Shown here one piece after another: positions 36,864 through 46,940 of a DNA stretch of 64,000 bases (positions are counted from its first letter, which is position 1; every line of letters begins with the position of its first letter). The notes beneath the pieces were generated by a model. That model saw nothing but the letters and a program-made list of their open reading frames with translations, was not told where the DNA came from and did not search any database. Where the stretch lies: sequence record DRR723986_6241; one strand, 5' to 3'. The position numbers were made by a program, and so were the translations under genes.

Positions 36864-38495
36864 ATGACAGACATTTCTTCAGATGTGCGGCTTGCAGAAG
36901 CCGACGCTTTGCGGGCCGCCGGCCACCCGGAACTGATCGAGGCGGCCAGTCACATGCTGGCAGGGGCTTTCGGCAAGGCCGAGCCGCTCTGCCGCATCGT
37001 GCTCAAACGCGACCCGCTTGACGTCAATGCCATGCGCCTTCTTGCTGAAATCGGAATGGAAGTCGGTCGCCTTGAAGATGCAGAAGCCCTCCTGGAGCGG
37101 GCGCTCGAACTTGCTCCGGACTTTCGCCTGGCGCGCGGCAGCTATGCCAATGTCCTCGGACGGCGGGGAAAATTTGCAGCGGCGCTGGCCGAGCTCGATT
37201 CGCTGCTCGCCGCAGATCCTGCCCATCCAGGCTATCTTACCCTGAAAGCAAATACGCTGGTCAGGATCGGGGATCATGTGAGCGCCATCGCCATTTATCG
37301 CGATGTCCTCGCCAGGGTGCCCGCAACCGCTGGCGTGCAGATGAGCCTCGGGCACAGTTTGAAAACGGTCGGCGATCAGGCGGAAGCCATCGCAGCCTAC
37401 AACGGCGCAAGGGCGATGCGGGACGATCTGGGCGATGCCTATTGGAGCCTTGCCAATCTGAAGACGTTCCGATTTTCGGATGAGGACATCGATACCATGC
37501 GCCGCGTCGCCGCGCGCGAAAAAATCGACCGGGAAGACTATTACCATCTTGCCTTTGCGCTCGGCAAAGCGCTCGAAGATCGCGACGAATACGAAGAGTC
37601 TTTCACCTGGTACCGACGCGGCAATGCGATCAAACGCCGCCTCATCACCTATAGCGCTGATGACAACCAATCGGACATGGCCCGGCTATCTGACTATTTC
37701 ACGCCGGATGTGTTCGCCGCCCGGTCGAATGCCGGCTGCCAGAGTCGCGCGCCGATCTTTATCGTCGGCCTGCCCCGCGCCGGGTCTACCCTCCTCGAAC
37801 AGATCCTCGCCAGCCATAGTCAGGTCGAAGGCACGCAGGAATTGCCCGATATCATATCCATCGCTCGCCGGATTGCTGACAAGAAACGTGCAGGAGATCC
37901 GTCCAACTACCCGAATGGTCTGAGCGATCTCACGGATTCAGACCTCACTGCGCTCGGCGAAGAATACATCGAGCGCACCCGCATTCATCGCACCGATGCG
38001 CCGTTCTTCATCGACAAGATGCCGAACAATTTCGCCCATGTCGGCCTGATCCGCCTGATCCTGCCAAAAGCGACCATCATCGATGCAAGACGACATCCCC
38101 TGGCCTGCTGTTTCAGCGGCTACAAGCAACTCTTCGCCAAAGGCCAGCATTTCACTTATAATCTGACAGATATAGGGCGCTACTACGCTGACTATGTCGG
38201 GCTGATGAGGCATTGGCAAAGCGTCCTCCCGGATCATGTTCTGCATGTCCAGTATGAAGACGTTGTCGCCGATACGGAAACACAGGTCCGCCGCCTGCTC
38301 GATCATTGCGGCCTGCCCTTTGAGGATGCCTGCCTGCGTTTCTATGAAAACCGGCGCGCTGTTAAGACCGCCAGTTCGGAACAGGTCCGCCAGCCCATCT
38401 TCACGTCCGGACTCGACCAGTGGGGAAATTATGAGCCCTGGCTCGCACCGTTGAAAGCGGCTTTGGGTGACGCACTTCAGACCTACAAGCAATAG
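36864..38495 (+). CDS. TPR-repeat sulfotransferase-family protein
   Basis: N-terminal TPRs, IVGLPRAGSTLLEQIL, DKMPNNF and TASSEQVRQPI motifs. Confidence 0.9.
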   Translation: MTDISSDVRLAEADALRAAGHPELIEAASHMLAGAFGKAEPLCRIVLKRDPLDVNAMRLLAEIGMEVGRLEDAEALLERALELAPDFRLARGSYANVLGRRGKFAAALAELDSLLAADPAHPGYLTLKANTLVRIGDHVSAIAIYRDVLARVPATAGVQMSLGHSLKTVGDQAEAIAAYNGARAMRDDLGDAYWSLANLKTFRFSDEDIDTMRRVAAREKIDREDYYHLAFALGKALEDRDEYEESFTWYRRGNAIKRRLITYSADDNQSDMARLSDYFTPDVFAARSNAGCQSRAPIFIVGLPRAGSTLLEQILASHSQVEGTQELPDIISIARRIADKKRAGDPSNYPNGLSDLTDSDLTALGEEYIERTRIHRTDAPFFIDKMPNNFAHVGLIRLILPKATIIDARRHPLACCFSGYKQLFAKGQHFTYNLTDIGRYYADYVGLMRHWQSVLPDHVLHVQYEDVVADTETQVRRLLDHCGLPFEDACLRFYENRRAVKTASSEQVRQPIFTSGLDQWGNYEPWLAPLKAALGDALQTYKQ

Positions 38496-38586
38496 TATTT
38501 TTTGAGCTAGGGCGTTCGCCCAGGTATCAAATTCCAATAAATGAAGCAGGTTACGGAGGCTGCGCGCCTGCTCACCCTCAGAGCCC

Positions 38587-38602
38587 ATGAATTTCACTCA
38601 TG
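38587..38602. promoter_or_regulatory. LysR-type box upstream of the TonB-dependent receptor
   Basis: ATGAATTTCACTCATG. Confidence 0.65.
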
Positions 38603-38768
38603 CGTCGGTGACAAATGATCTTTTGTCAGCAAACAGCCGCAAGACTAGCCATTGATGACGGGAAGAACGTCCGCGCGGCTTGTGCGGGGGCGTCCAGACG
38701 ACCCGGGGAAACGTTCAGGCAGTGTCAGCACCGAAAGATCGGGCCGGCTGCTCCAGGGAGGAAACAAG

Positions 38769-41075
38769 ATGTCATACCAGATGTGGACCAGCCGGCAGCG
38801 CCTTCTCGCTCAGGCATCGGCATTCGCAATCGCAAGCGTGGTTGTCACCGCGCCCGCCTTCGCGCAGGAAGACGGCGGCGATGAGGCTTCGGCCATGAAA
38901 CTGCAAACCGTGACCGTCACGGCGCAGAAACGGACAGAAAACCTGCAGGATGTACCAGCCAGCCTCCAGGTGCTTGGCGGTTCGGAACTCGAGTCGCAGG
39001 GTGTCGCAAACTTCGAAGACTATGTCGCCCTCCTGCCGAGCGTCTCCTTTGCCGGTCAGGGCCCTGGCAACTCACAGGTCTTCATGCGCGGGATTTCATC
39101 CGGCGGCGACGGTAACAAATCCGGTTCGAGCCCAAGTGTCGCTGTCTATCTCGACGACCAGCCCGTCACCACGATTGGCCGGGTCCTTGATGTCCATATG
39201 TATGACATCGCCCGGGTGGAGGCCGTGGCGGGACCTCAAGGAACGCTTTATGGCGCGGGATCCCAGGCCGGCACGCTGAGGATTATTACCAACGCCCCGA
39301 GCAGCGCCGGATTTGAATCCGGATATGACTTGTCAGTCGGCACGACCAAGGAAGGCAGCGAAAGCTACTCGGCCGAAGGCTTCGTGAACCTGCCCATCGG
39401 TGAAAAAGCCGCGCTTCGGATTGTCGGTTGGCACTCAAAAGATGGCGGCTATATCGACAATGTCCCGGCAACCACGACTTTCACGTTCGGCAATATAACG
39501 GTCGACAATGCGCCGTTCGTAAAAGAGGATTTCAACACCGAGGAAAACACCGGCGCGCGCGCAGCCCTCAAGATCGATCTCAATGAAAATTGGACGGCAA
39601 CCGCCAAGATCATGCACCAGAGCCAGAAGACACACGGCGTCTGGGATCATGATCCGGAAGATGTCGGCGATCTCGAAGTGGCGCGCTTCTTCGATGACAG
39701 TGGTCAGGACAAGTTCACACAGGCGGGTCTCTCTGTCGAAGGCAAGATCGGTGGGCTCCAGCTCACCTATGCCGGATCCTATCTCGACCGCGAAGTCGAC
39801 TATAATGTCGACTATTCGGCTTATGCAGAATACTCCGCCTACATTCCATATTATACGTGCTACAGCTCCGGCACGCTGGACGAAGCTACCTGTACCGATC
39901 CGCGCATCCAGTATGACAGCGATGACAAGTACAAGACGATGACGCACGAGCTGCGCATCCAGAATGACGAGTCGGAACGCCTGCGGTTTATCGCCGGCCT
40001 GTTCTATCAGGATGCCGAGCACGACTATCTCAATATCTGGCATATTCCGAGTATTCCTGCTGCCAGAAGCGTCAACGCCAATTCGCAACTCAGCGGCTAT
40101 CCCGATGATGCGTATTTCATCACGGACCAGGTTAGGAATGAGAAAGAAGCCGCCCTCTTTGGCGAGGTGTCCTTCGATTTCACTGAAAGGCTGACCGGTA
40201 CATTCGGCGCACGCTTTTTCGAGACGGACAGCGACCTTAAAGGAGCCGTCGGCACCCTCTTTTCCGGTAGTCCGCTCATCGACCTGTCTTCAGGGGAAAG
40301 CGGCGATGTCTTCAAAGGCAATCTCAGCTATAATTTCACGCCGGATGTTCTGGTCTATCTGACTTATTCTGAAGGCTTCCGTCCGGGCGGCAACAACCGC
40401 GCTTCAACCTCCAATATCCCTGCGGTCTACATGTCAGACCTGATCACGAACTATGAAGCCGGCTGGAAGACCACATTCTGGGATGGCCGGGCGCGTTGGA
40501 ACGGCGCCATCTTCAATATGGACTGGGAAGATATTCAGATCACCCGGTTTGATCCAGCCGAATCCTTCCTTGGTCTGACAGCAAACGTCGGCACAGCCCG
40601 GTCACGCGGCATCGAGACGGACTTCTCCCTGCTCGTTTCCGAAGGCTTCCAGGTCAATGGGGCCGCATCCTGGATCGAGGCAGAACTGACGGAAGATTAC
40701 ATCCGCAACCTGTCGACCCAAAACGTCGATGCGCCGGCTGGTACCGAACTCCCGGATATCCCGAAACTCAAGCTTGCCCTGACTGGCCGCTACGAGTTTG
40801 ACCTCATGGGTATGGATGCGTTCGCCCAAGGTAGTTATCGCTATGTCGGCGAACGTTACAATGACCTGTTCGTGGCAGCACGCCAGAAGCAGGACGCCTA
40901 CTCAATCATCAACGTCTCGACGGGAATTGATAGAGACACTTGGGGCGCCAGTCTCTACGTAACAAACGTCACAGATGAACGCGCCGAGCTCAACCGCAAT
41001 GCGGCGACCTTCGATGAGCGCATCACGACCAATCGCCCCAGAACGATTGGCGTGAGCTTCTACCAGCGCTTCTAG
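38769..41075 (+). CDS. TonB-dependent receptor
   Basis: Signal peptide, TVTVTAQKR TonB box, GPQGTLYG plug motif and C-terminal Phe. Confidence 0.93.
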   Translation: MSYQMWTSRQRLLAQASAFAIASVVVTAPAFAQEDGGDEASAMKLQTVTVTAQKRTENLQDVPASLQVLGGSELESQGVANFEDYVALLPSVSFAGQGPGNSQVFMRGISSGGDGNKSGSSPSVAVYLDDQPVTTIGRVLDVHMYDIARVEAVAGPQGTLYGAGSQAGTLRIITNAPSSAGFESGYDLSVGTTKEGSESYSAEGFVNLPIGEKAALRIVGWHSKDGGYIDNVPATTTFTFGNITVDNAPFVKEDFNTEENTGARAALKIDLNENWTATAKIMHQSQKTHGVWDHDPEDVGDLEVARFFDDSGQDKFTQAGLSVEGKIGGLQLTYAGSYLDREVDYNVDYSAYAEYSAYIPYYTCYSSGTLDEATCTDPRIQYDSDDKYKTMTHELRIQNDESERLRFIAGLFYQDAEHDYLNIWHIPSIPAARSVNANSQLSGYPDDAYFITDQVRNEKEAALFGEVSFDFTERLTGTFGARFFETDSDLKGAVGTLFSGSPLIDLSSGESGDVFKGNLSYNFTPDVLVYLTYSEGFRPGGNNRASTSNIPAVYMSDLITNYEAGWKTTFWDGRARWNGAIFNMDWEDIQITRFDPAESFLGLTANVGTARSRGIETDFSLLVSEGFQVNGAASWIEAELTEDYIRNLSTQNVDAPAGTELPDIPKLKLALTGRYEFDLMGMDAFAQGSYRYVGERYNDLFVAARQKQDAYSIINVSTGIDRDTWGASLYVTNVTDERAELNRNAATFDERITTNRPRTIGVSFYQRF

Positions 41076-41088
41076 TGTTCCTCCCCTC

Positions 41089-41120
41089 TCCCGGCTCGCC
41101 CCTTCAGGGGCGAGCCGGGA
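41089..41120 (+). terminator. Strong 14-bp hairpin after the TonB-dependent receptor (terminator or mRNA-stabilising stem)
   Basis: TCCCGGCTCGCCCC-ttca-GGGGCGAGCCGGGA. No U-tract. Confidence 0.6.
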
Positions 41121-41145
41121 CACACAAACGACCGAGTGCCATTTC

Positions 41146-41940
41146 ATGTTTTCCGGCTCTTCCTCGCTCCTTCAAGACAAGCGCATCGTCATCACGGCGG
41201 GTGCAAATGGCATAGGCCTATCCATGGCTCGTCACTTTCTCGACCAGGGGGCGACTGTCTGCATCTGCGACGTCGATGGCGCAGCTGTCGCGGCGCTCAA
41301 CGGGAGCCATAACAAGCTTCATGGATTTGAAGTTGATGTCGCCGATCCAGTCTCCGTCCAATCATTTTTCGAGACCGCTGAGCGGACTATGGGCGGCCTC
41401 GACATTCTGGTGAACAATGCCGGCATAGCTGGACCAACAGCGCTCTGCGAAGATGTCGGGATCGAAGACTGGCGCCGGACAATCGAGGTCGATCTCAACG
41501 CGCAATTCTATTGCACCAAGTACGCAATACCCATGCTGAAAGCATCCGGTGGCGGCTCGATTGTCATGATGGCCTCCAACGCAGCCCTCTTCGGCTACCC
41601 GTTACGCTCTCCTTACACCGCCGCCAAATGGGCACTCATTGGCCTGACCAAGACCCTCGCCATGGAACTTGGCCCCCATGGAATCCGAGTAAACGCGCTC
41701 TGCCCCTGCAGTGTCGAAGGCCCCCGGATTGACGGCGTAATCGAACGCGAAGCTGCCAAGCGCGGTGTGTCTTCCGAAAAGGTGCGGGAGGACTATCAGC
41801 GGCAAAGTTCTCTCAGAACGTTTGTCAGCGCCGGCGACGTTGCCGCGATGGCCTTGTTCCTGGTGTCAGATCTTGGCGCGAAGATATCCGGCCAGGCGAT
41901 CGGGGTGGACGGCCACACGGAATCGCTTGCGCAACTTTGA
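41146..41940 (+). CDS. SDR oxidoreductase
   Basis: TAGANGIG, NNAGIAGP and YTAAK motifs. Confidence 0.9.
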   Translation: MFSGSSSLLQDKRIVITAGANGIGLSMARHFLDQGATVCICDVDGAAVAALNGSHNKLHGFEVDVADPVSVQSFFETAERTMGGLDILVNNAGIAGPTALCEDVGIEDWRRTIEVDLNAQFYCTKYAIPMLKASGGGSIVMMASNAALFGYPLRSPYTAAKWALIGLTKTLAMELGPHGIRVNALCPCSVEGPRIDGVIEREAAKRGVSSEKVREDYQRQSSLRTFVSAGDVAAMALFLVSDLGAKISGQAIGVDGHTESLAQL

Positions 41941-41956
41941 ATACGAGGAAAAGACG

Positions 41957-42937
41957 ATGAAAGCTGTCTGGTATGAAGCGACGGGCGCCGCTCAGGATGT
42001 CCTGCAATTCGGAGACTTGCCGCAGCCTGTGGCCGGTCCGGGAGAGGTCCTTGTCAGGGTCAAGACATCGGGTGTGAACCCGTCCGATGTGAAATCCCGC
42101 GCCGGATTGCGGGGGCCCATCCCCTTTCCACGCGTGATACCTCACTCGGACGGGGCGGGAACAATCGAGGCCGTGGGCGAAGGTGTTGACACGTCCCGGA
42201 TCGGCGAGCGCGTCTGGATCTGGAATGCGGCCTGGCGCCGCGCCTTTGGAACGTGCTCTGAGCTAATGGCTATTCCAAACGCACAAGCAGTCCCCCTGCC
42301 CGATAATACGGGCTTTGATGCGGGCGCCTGCCTCGGCATTCCGGCGAGCACCGCCTATCATGGTGTGTTTTCCGATGGACCGGTCGAAGGACATACGGTC
42401 CTGGTCACGGGCGGCGCCGGCGCTGTCGGCCACTATGCCATCCAGTTCGCCAAATATGGCGGCGCGCAAGTCATAACGACGGTAAGCGGCGACACAAAAG
42501 CGGCCCACGCCAAGACCGCTGGCGCAGATCATGTGATCAATTACAAAACGGAGTCTGTCCACGAGAAGGTGATGGACCTGACGCATGGCGCAGGCGTGGA
42601 CCGAGTCGTCGAAGTCGAATTTGGTGGCAATCTGGCCGAGATCGCCCCGGTCCTGAAAGCCGGCGCCGTGATTGCGACCTATGGCTCCATGGCGGACCCC
42701 AATCCAGCCATTCCATTCTATGATCTGATGTTCAAGAACGTCACCCTCAAGATGTATCTCATCTACCTTCTCAGCGAATCTGCCCGAAAACAAACGGTCG
42801 AGGGCGTCAATGCCGCGCTCGCAAGCGGCAAGATATCTCATGCAATCGCGAAACGTGTGCCGCTCAAGGATACCGCACTGGCCCATGCACTCGTTGAAGC
42901 GGCGAGCGAGATGGGCAATATCGTCATCGAAATATAG
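41957..42937 (+). CDS. NADPH:quinone reductase (zeta-crystallin-like MDR)
   Basis: GVNPSD, PHSDGAG and VTGGAGAVG motifs. Confidence 0.88.
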   Translation: MKAVWYEATGAAQDVLQFGDLPQPVAGPGEVLVRVKTSGVNPSDVKSRAGLRGPIPFPRVIPHSDGAGTIEAVGEGVDTSRIGERVWIWNAAWRRAFGTCSELMAIPNAQAVPLPDNTGFDAGACLGIPASTAYHGVFSDGPVEGHTVLVTGGAGAVGHYAIQFAKYGGAQVITTVSGDTKAAHAKTAGADHVINYKTESVHEKVMDLTHGAGVDRVVEVEFGGNLAEIAPVLKAGAVIATYGSMADPNPAIPFYDLMFKNVTLKMYLIYLLSESARKQTVEGVNAALASGKISHAIAKRVPLKDTALAHALVEAASEMGNIVIEI

Positions 42938-42944
42938 GCCGCCT

Positions 42945-43418
42945 GTGCAACTCGTCCCGCTTCTCACATTTCGAAATACACTGTCGGCTGTCCAGACAAT
43001 CGGAAACACACCGTTTGGACATAGGATGACCTATATTGTTGGTGCAGGCCGCTTCCAGGGCGAGCGCCTGCGCGGCCGCATTCTCCCAGGTGGCGGAGAC
43101 TGGTTGATCCGCGGATCTGGCGACCTTGCCCGACTTGACGTGCGCAAGACTTTTGAGACCGATGATGAAGCCCTCATTCATGTCAGCTATACGGGGCTCT
43201 ACAAGTTCAGCGATGATATCGCTGCCTGCCTGGCCTCCGGCAAGGATTGTGAATTTGGTGACACGCTGTTTCTCGCTCACGTTCAGTTCGAAACCGGAGA
43301 TGAGCGATATGACTGGCTGAATGAAACCATCGCAATTGGAGAGGGTCGCGAAACCCAAACGGGTGTCGAGTACTGTGTTTACGCTGTCCAGCAGACGAAA
43401 CCAGCTCTGCCGGAATGA
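42945..43418 (+). CDS. DUF3237 family protein
   Basis: G.ILPGGGDW, LDVR..FETDD and FETGDERYDWLN motifs. GTG start inferred. Confidence 0.8.
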   Translation: MQLVPLLTFRNTLSAVQTIGNTPFGHRMTYIVGAGRFQGERLRGRILPGGGDWLIRGSGDLARLDVRKTFETDDEALIHVSYTGLYKFSDDIAACLASGKDCEFGDTLFLAHVQFETGDERYDWLNETIAIGEGRETQTGVEYCVYAVQQTKPALPE

Positions 43419-43800
43419 ATGTTTGCATTCGAATGCACATTTGATATGGCTTGTGTCCGATCAGGGAGCGGGCATGCCTCCCACACACTCGACGAGATCA
43501 TTGTCGCTAAGGTTTACAAGGCCGGGATCAGGCTCGACTGCGCGAAAGCTACTTGCCGCGATGGGGATGTCTGGCATTGAATGGTCTGTCAGAGTCCTAG
43601 TTGCGACCTACAGACCGAATCAAAGGCGTCAAGATCAATGCAAGACAGATCCTCTTCATCCGTGACGGGGCCTTTTTCAAGTTTCGACCAACCTCGCGGC
43701 GGGACAAAAAAATCGCCGCTTAGTACGACTACTGACGTTTTGGCAGTGCACACGTAGCGCACACAAAGGCCTGTAACACCTTGTTTTTATTGTATTTTTT

Positions 43801-43859
43801 GTGCAATCCATCATGGGCGCGACGGAGAATCTGCGATCTAACACTTGAGTTTCATGCAA
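43801..43859 (-). pseudogene. dusA: Stranded 5' fragment of dusA at the element junction (att site)
   Basis: Translates ...LDRRFSVAPMMD then diverges (CTKNTIK instead of the conserved WTDRH). Confidence 0.8.
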
Positions 43860-43972
43860 TCTTGTTTGGCGACCTCATCAGGCCGAGCGGTTCGTATGGA
43901 TGGATTTTAGCGGCAGCCGCTTTCGGCCCCGGGCGGCCTATTCGTGGCGGCAGCCACCTGAAAAGGCAAGCC

Positions 43973-44611
43973 TTACTGCTGCAGGCGCGAGGCTTGAAGG
44001 CGTCCATTCGTCGATACGATGACTTGCATGTCTTCTCTGTACAGATTTTCCCGCCAGTACAGCTCGGCAAGGCTCACTTCATACGTCATTTCAGCACGAA
44101 CCTTGCCGCCGAAGGCGCGGCTGTCATACACGCAGTCGCGGGCGCTCACCGTACCCTTGTAGGCGCCAGCCGATTGCTCCCAGGTAAAATCGCAGCTCGG
44201 AGGAAAGGTCATCAACGAACCAGGCGAAAGTCCCGGCCACCGCGCCGGGTCGAGGTCCAGATTGCCGGATGCCTGGCCCGGCATGAATATATAGGCAGCC
44301 ATCCGAATTGCACCGCGCTCATCTGGCGGGCTGAGCACGAATATCTTCATCTGCAATGGACCTTCGCCTGCCTGGTCAGCGCTCAGCTGATAGTAAAGCA
44401 CCTCATCGCCAAATTGAGGCGCATCAATTGGCGCAAATCGGTGGAAGACGGGCTGCATGTCTCCGTCGTTTGCCAATCCGGCGGGTGCTTCTCCACGATA
44501 CGTGCCGGGCAGGAGGCGCATCAGATCTGCAGTCTCGAAAGGTGGATTGGTCTCCGTCGCGGCGCAGCCGGCCTGAACGAGCAGAAAGGCCCCGATGGTT
44601 AGCTGTTTCAT
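43973..44611 (-). CDS. Exported CpcT/CpeT-like beta-barrel protein
   Basis: Lipoprotein-like signal (QAGC). Pattern APQFGDEVLYYQ...CDFTW...GTV...DC recalls CpcT/CpeT-family proteins. Confidence 0.5.
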   Translation of the reverse strand: MKQLTIGAFLLVQAGCAATETNPPFETADLMRLLPGTYRGEAPAGLANDGDMQPVFHRFAPIDAPQFGDEVLYYQLSADQAGEGPLQMKIFVLSPPDERGAIRMAAYIFMPGQASGNLDLDPARWPGLSPGSLMTFPPSCDFTWEQSAGAYKGTVSARDCVYDSRAFGGKVRAEMTYEVSLAELYWRENLYREDMQVIVSTNGRLQASRLQQ

Positions 44612-44947
44612 TGGACGGACCTCTTACAGCGTGAATCGCATCAGACATTGATATACGCCAACTTCAGTTGGCCAGTCGCCAGAAGCTCGGCGGAGCGCGA
44701 GTCGCCGTGGTCCACGCTTATGCCATTCGCCGCCGTCGCGGACATTCCGGCCTAAAATTGATCGCCAAGTGATCGCCGCAAAATTAGCTGGCTCTTTCAA
44801 CGCCGGTCAGATGATTGTTAGACAATGCCCAATCTTGAACCGAGCACATCCACAAATCCGGACGAGCGTGCGGGCCTTGAGGCGAACCGCCCGAAACTAA
44901 AGGGCCCCGCGAGATAAAGTCCCTCCACCTGAAGCCACCAGATTTCC

Positions 44948-46810
44948 ATGACGCGATATACTGAAACCTATTCGAACTATCTCTCAGACCCTGAAGGCTT
45001 CTGGATGGAGCAGTCAAAATCCGTTGGCTGGATCAAGCCGCCTCAAATTGCACGAAATGAGGACGGCTGGTTTGCGGATGGAACGATCAATGCCTGTCAC
45101 GTCTGCGTCGATGCCCATGTCGAGTCGGGCCGCGGCGACCAGGTGGCCCTCATCTATGACAGCCCCGTTTCAGGCCAGAAGAAATCATTCACGTTCAACG
45201 ATCTGCGCGACCAGGTATCCCTTTTTGCAGGCGGATTGAAATCGCACGGGGTCGGCCATGGCGGGCGCGTGCTGATCTACGCGCCGATGATCCCGGAAGC
45301 CGTAATCGCCATGCTGGCAACAGCGAGGCTTGGAGCCATCCATTCGGTCGTCTTTGGCGGGTTTGCAGCGGCAGAATTGGCGAAACGGATCGATGATTTC
45401 AGACCGGACGTCATAATTACCGCCTCCTGTGGGATCGAAGTGACGCGGGTCACCCCCTACCAGCCGCTGGTCGAGGAGGCGCTGGCCTTGAGCCACGCGT
45501 CCCGCCCGGATGTGATTGTCGTCAACCGGCCGGAGTGCGACTACGAGACGACGCAGGAACAGGTTTTCGACTTCTACGAGGTCTGCGACGGCTCAGCTGG
45601 ATCGCCTTGCCACCCCTGCAAGTCAACCGACCCGCTCTACGTTCTTTACACGTCAGGAACCACCGGAACGCCGAAAGGCGTCGTTCGGGATATTGGCGGT
45701 TATCTCACGGCCCTCAAATGGTCGATGTCCAACATTTACGGGGTCGCAGAGGGTGAGACCTATTGGGCAGCCTCCGACATAGGATGGGTCGTCGGACACT
45801 CCTACATCGTCTACGGCCCTCTCGCTCACGGGTGCACCACGATCTTGTATGAAGGCAAACCTGTCGGCACGCCCGATGCCGGCGCGTTCTGGCGAATTAT
45901 CAGCGAATACAATGTCAGCGTCGCCTTCACGGCACCGACGGCTATCCGCGCGATCAAGCGAGAAGACAGCGACGGCAAGCTGATACACCCTGAACGCCTG
46001 AACAGCCTCAGAGCCTTGTTTCTCGCGGGAGAGCGTGCCGATCCTGACACGGTGGAATGGGCGGCCGGACAACTCGGCGTTCCCGTCATAGACCATTGGT
46101 GGCAGACCGAACTCGGCTGGCCCGCACTCGCCGCCTTTCCCGGCTTGGACGATACAGAGATCAAGATTGGTTCAGCTGGCCGGCCTGTCCCCGGGTTTTC
46201 ATTCGCTGTCATCGGCCCCGATGGCAAAGAAGTTGAGTGCGGCACGTCCGGATCAATCGTCATCAGAACACCGCTTCCGCCAGGGGCGATGTCAGCCCTT
46301 TGGAATGCACCCGGCAGATTTCATGACGAGTACCTCTCCCATTATCCCGGCTTTTATCTGACCGGCGACGCAGGCTTTGTTGATGATGGGGGCTTTGTAC
46401 ACGTCATGGGGCGGACAGACGATATCATCAATACGGCCGGCCACCGTCTCTCTACAGGTGCAATTGAAGAGGTGGTTTGCAGCCATCCCGCAGTCGCAGA
46501 AGCGGCTGTTGTCGGTGCGGCTGATGAATTGAAGGGGCAAGTGCCGGTGGCGTTTGTTGTTCTCAAGGCATCTGCCCGGACGAGCGCAGATGCGATGTCG
46601 GCGGAACTGATCGCCCTGGTACGATCAAATATCGGTCCGGTTGCCTCGTTCAAAACAGTTCATGTGGTCGAGCGCCTGCCAAAGACCCGGTCCGGGAAAA
46701 TTCTCAGAAAATCCTTGCGGGCCATAACTGACGGCGATGATCAGCCTGTTCCGGCAACGATCGATGATCCGGCTATCCTGGATGAAATCAGGGCCAGGGT
46801 AGAGAAGTGA
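44948..46810 (+). CDS. Propionyl-CoA synthetase-like AMP-binding enzyme
   Basis: YTSGTTGTPKG, DHWWQTE and LPKTRSGKILR motifs. Confidence 0.88.
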   Translation: MTRYTETYSNYLSDPEGFWMEQSKSVGWIKPPQIARNEDGWFADGTINACHVCVDAHVESGRGDQVALIYDSPVSGQKKSFTFNDLRDQVSLFAGGLKSHGVGHGGRVLIYAPMIPEAVIAMLATARLGAIHSVVFGGFAAAELAKRIDDFRPDVIITASCGIEVTRVTPYQPLVEEALALSHASRPDVIVVNRPECDYETTQEQVFDFYEVCDGSAGSPCHPCKSTDPLYVLYTSGTTGTPKGVVRDIGGYLTALKWSMSNIYGVAEGETYWAASDIGWVVGHSYIVYGPLAHGCTTILYEGKPVGTPDAGAFWRIISEYNVSVAFTAPTAIRAIKREDSDGKLIHPERLNSLRALFLAGERADPDTVEWAAGQLGVPVIDHWWQTELGWPALAAFPGLDDTEIKIGSAGRPVPGFSFAVIGPDGKEVECGTSGSIVIRTPLPPGAMSALWNAPGRFHDEYLSHYPGFYLTGDAGFVDDGGFVHVMGRTDDIINTAGHRLSTGAIEEVVCSHPAVAEAAVVGAADELKGQVPVAFVVLKASARTSADAMSAELIALVRSNIGPVASFKTVHVVERLPKTRSGKILRKSLRAITDGDDQPVPATIDDPAILDEIRARVEK

Positions 46811-46940
46811 GAGGCTTTAGCTGTTGACTTCGGCAGCGGGCGACAGCCGCGCCTCGAATGATGGTACTTGGCGGCGAGGACCGCGAACCACCAAGTTCAC
46901 TGCGCTTTCATTTCGCTGCAATTGATATATCTTTATCACG

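Larger units (their letters stand above)
1..43810. mobile_element. Integrative conjugative element (Tn4371/ICEMlSym-type backbone), dusA-integrated; left end outside the window
   Basis: traG, relaxase, traF, parB, ardA, an FseA-like activator and a full trb T4SS operon, followed by cargo and ending at a truncated dusA 5' end (att-like junction near 43801-43810). The integrase is not in the window. Confidence 0.85.

Noticed and set aside
43677-43859. 60-aa ORF as a functional gene
   Set aside because: Only the first ~18 codons match DusA. The rest is read-through into element-end DNA.
43781-44602. 273-aa plus-strand ORF
   Set aside because: Antisense to the lipoprotein gene and crosses the att junction.
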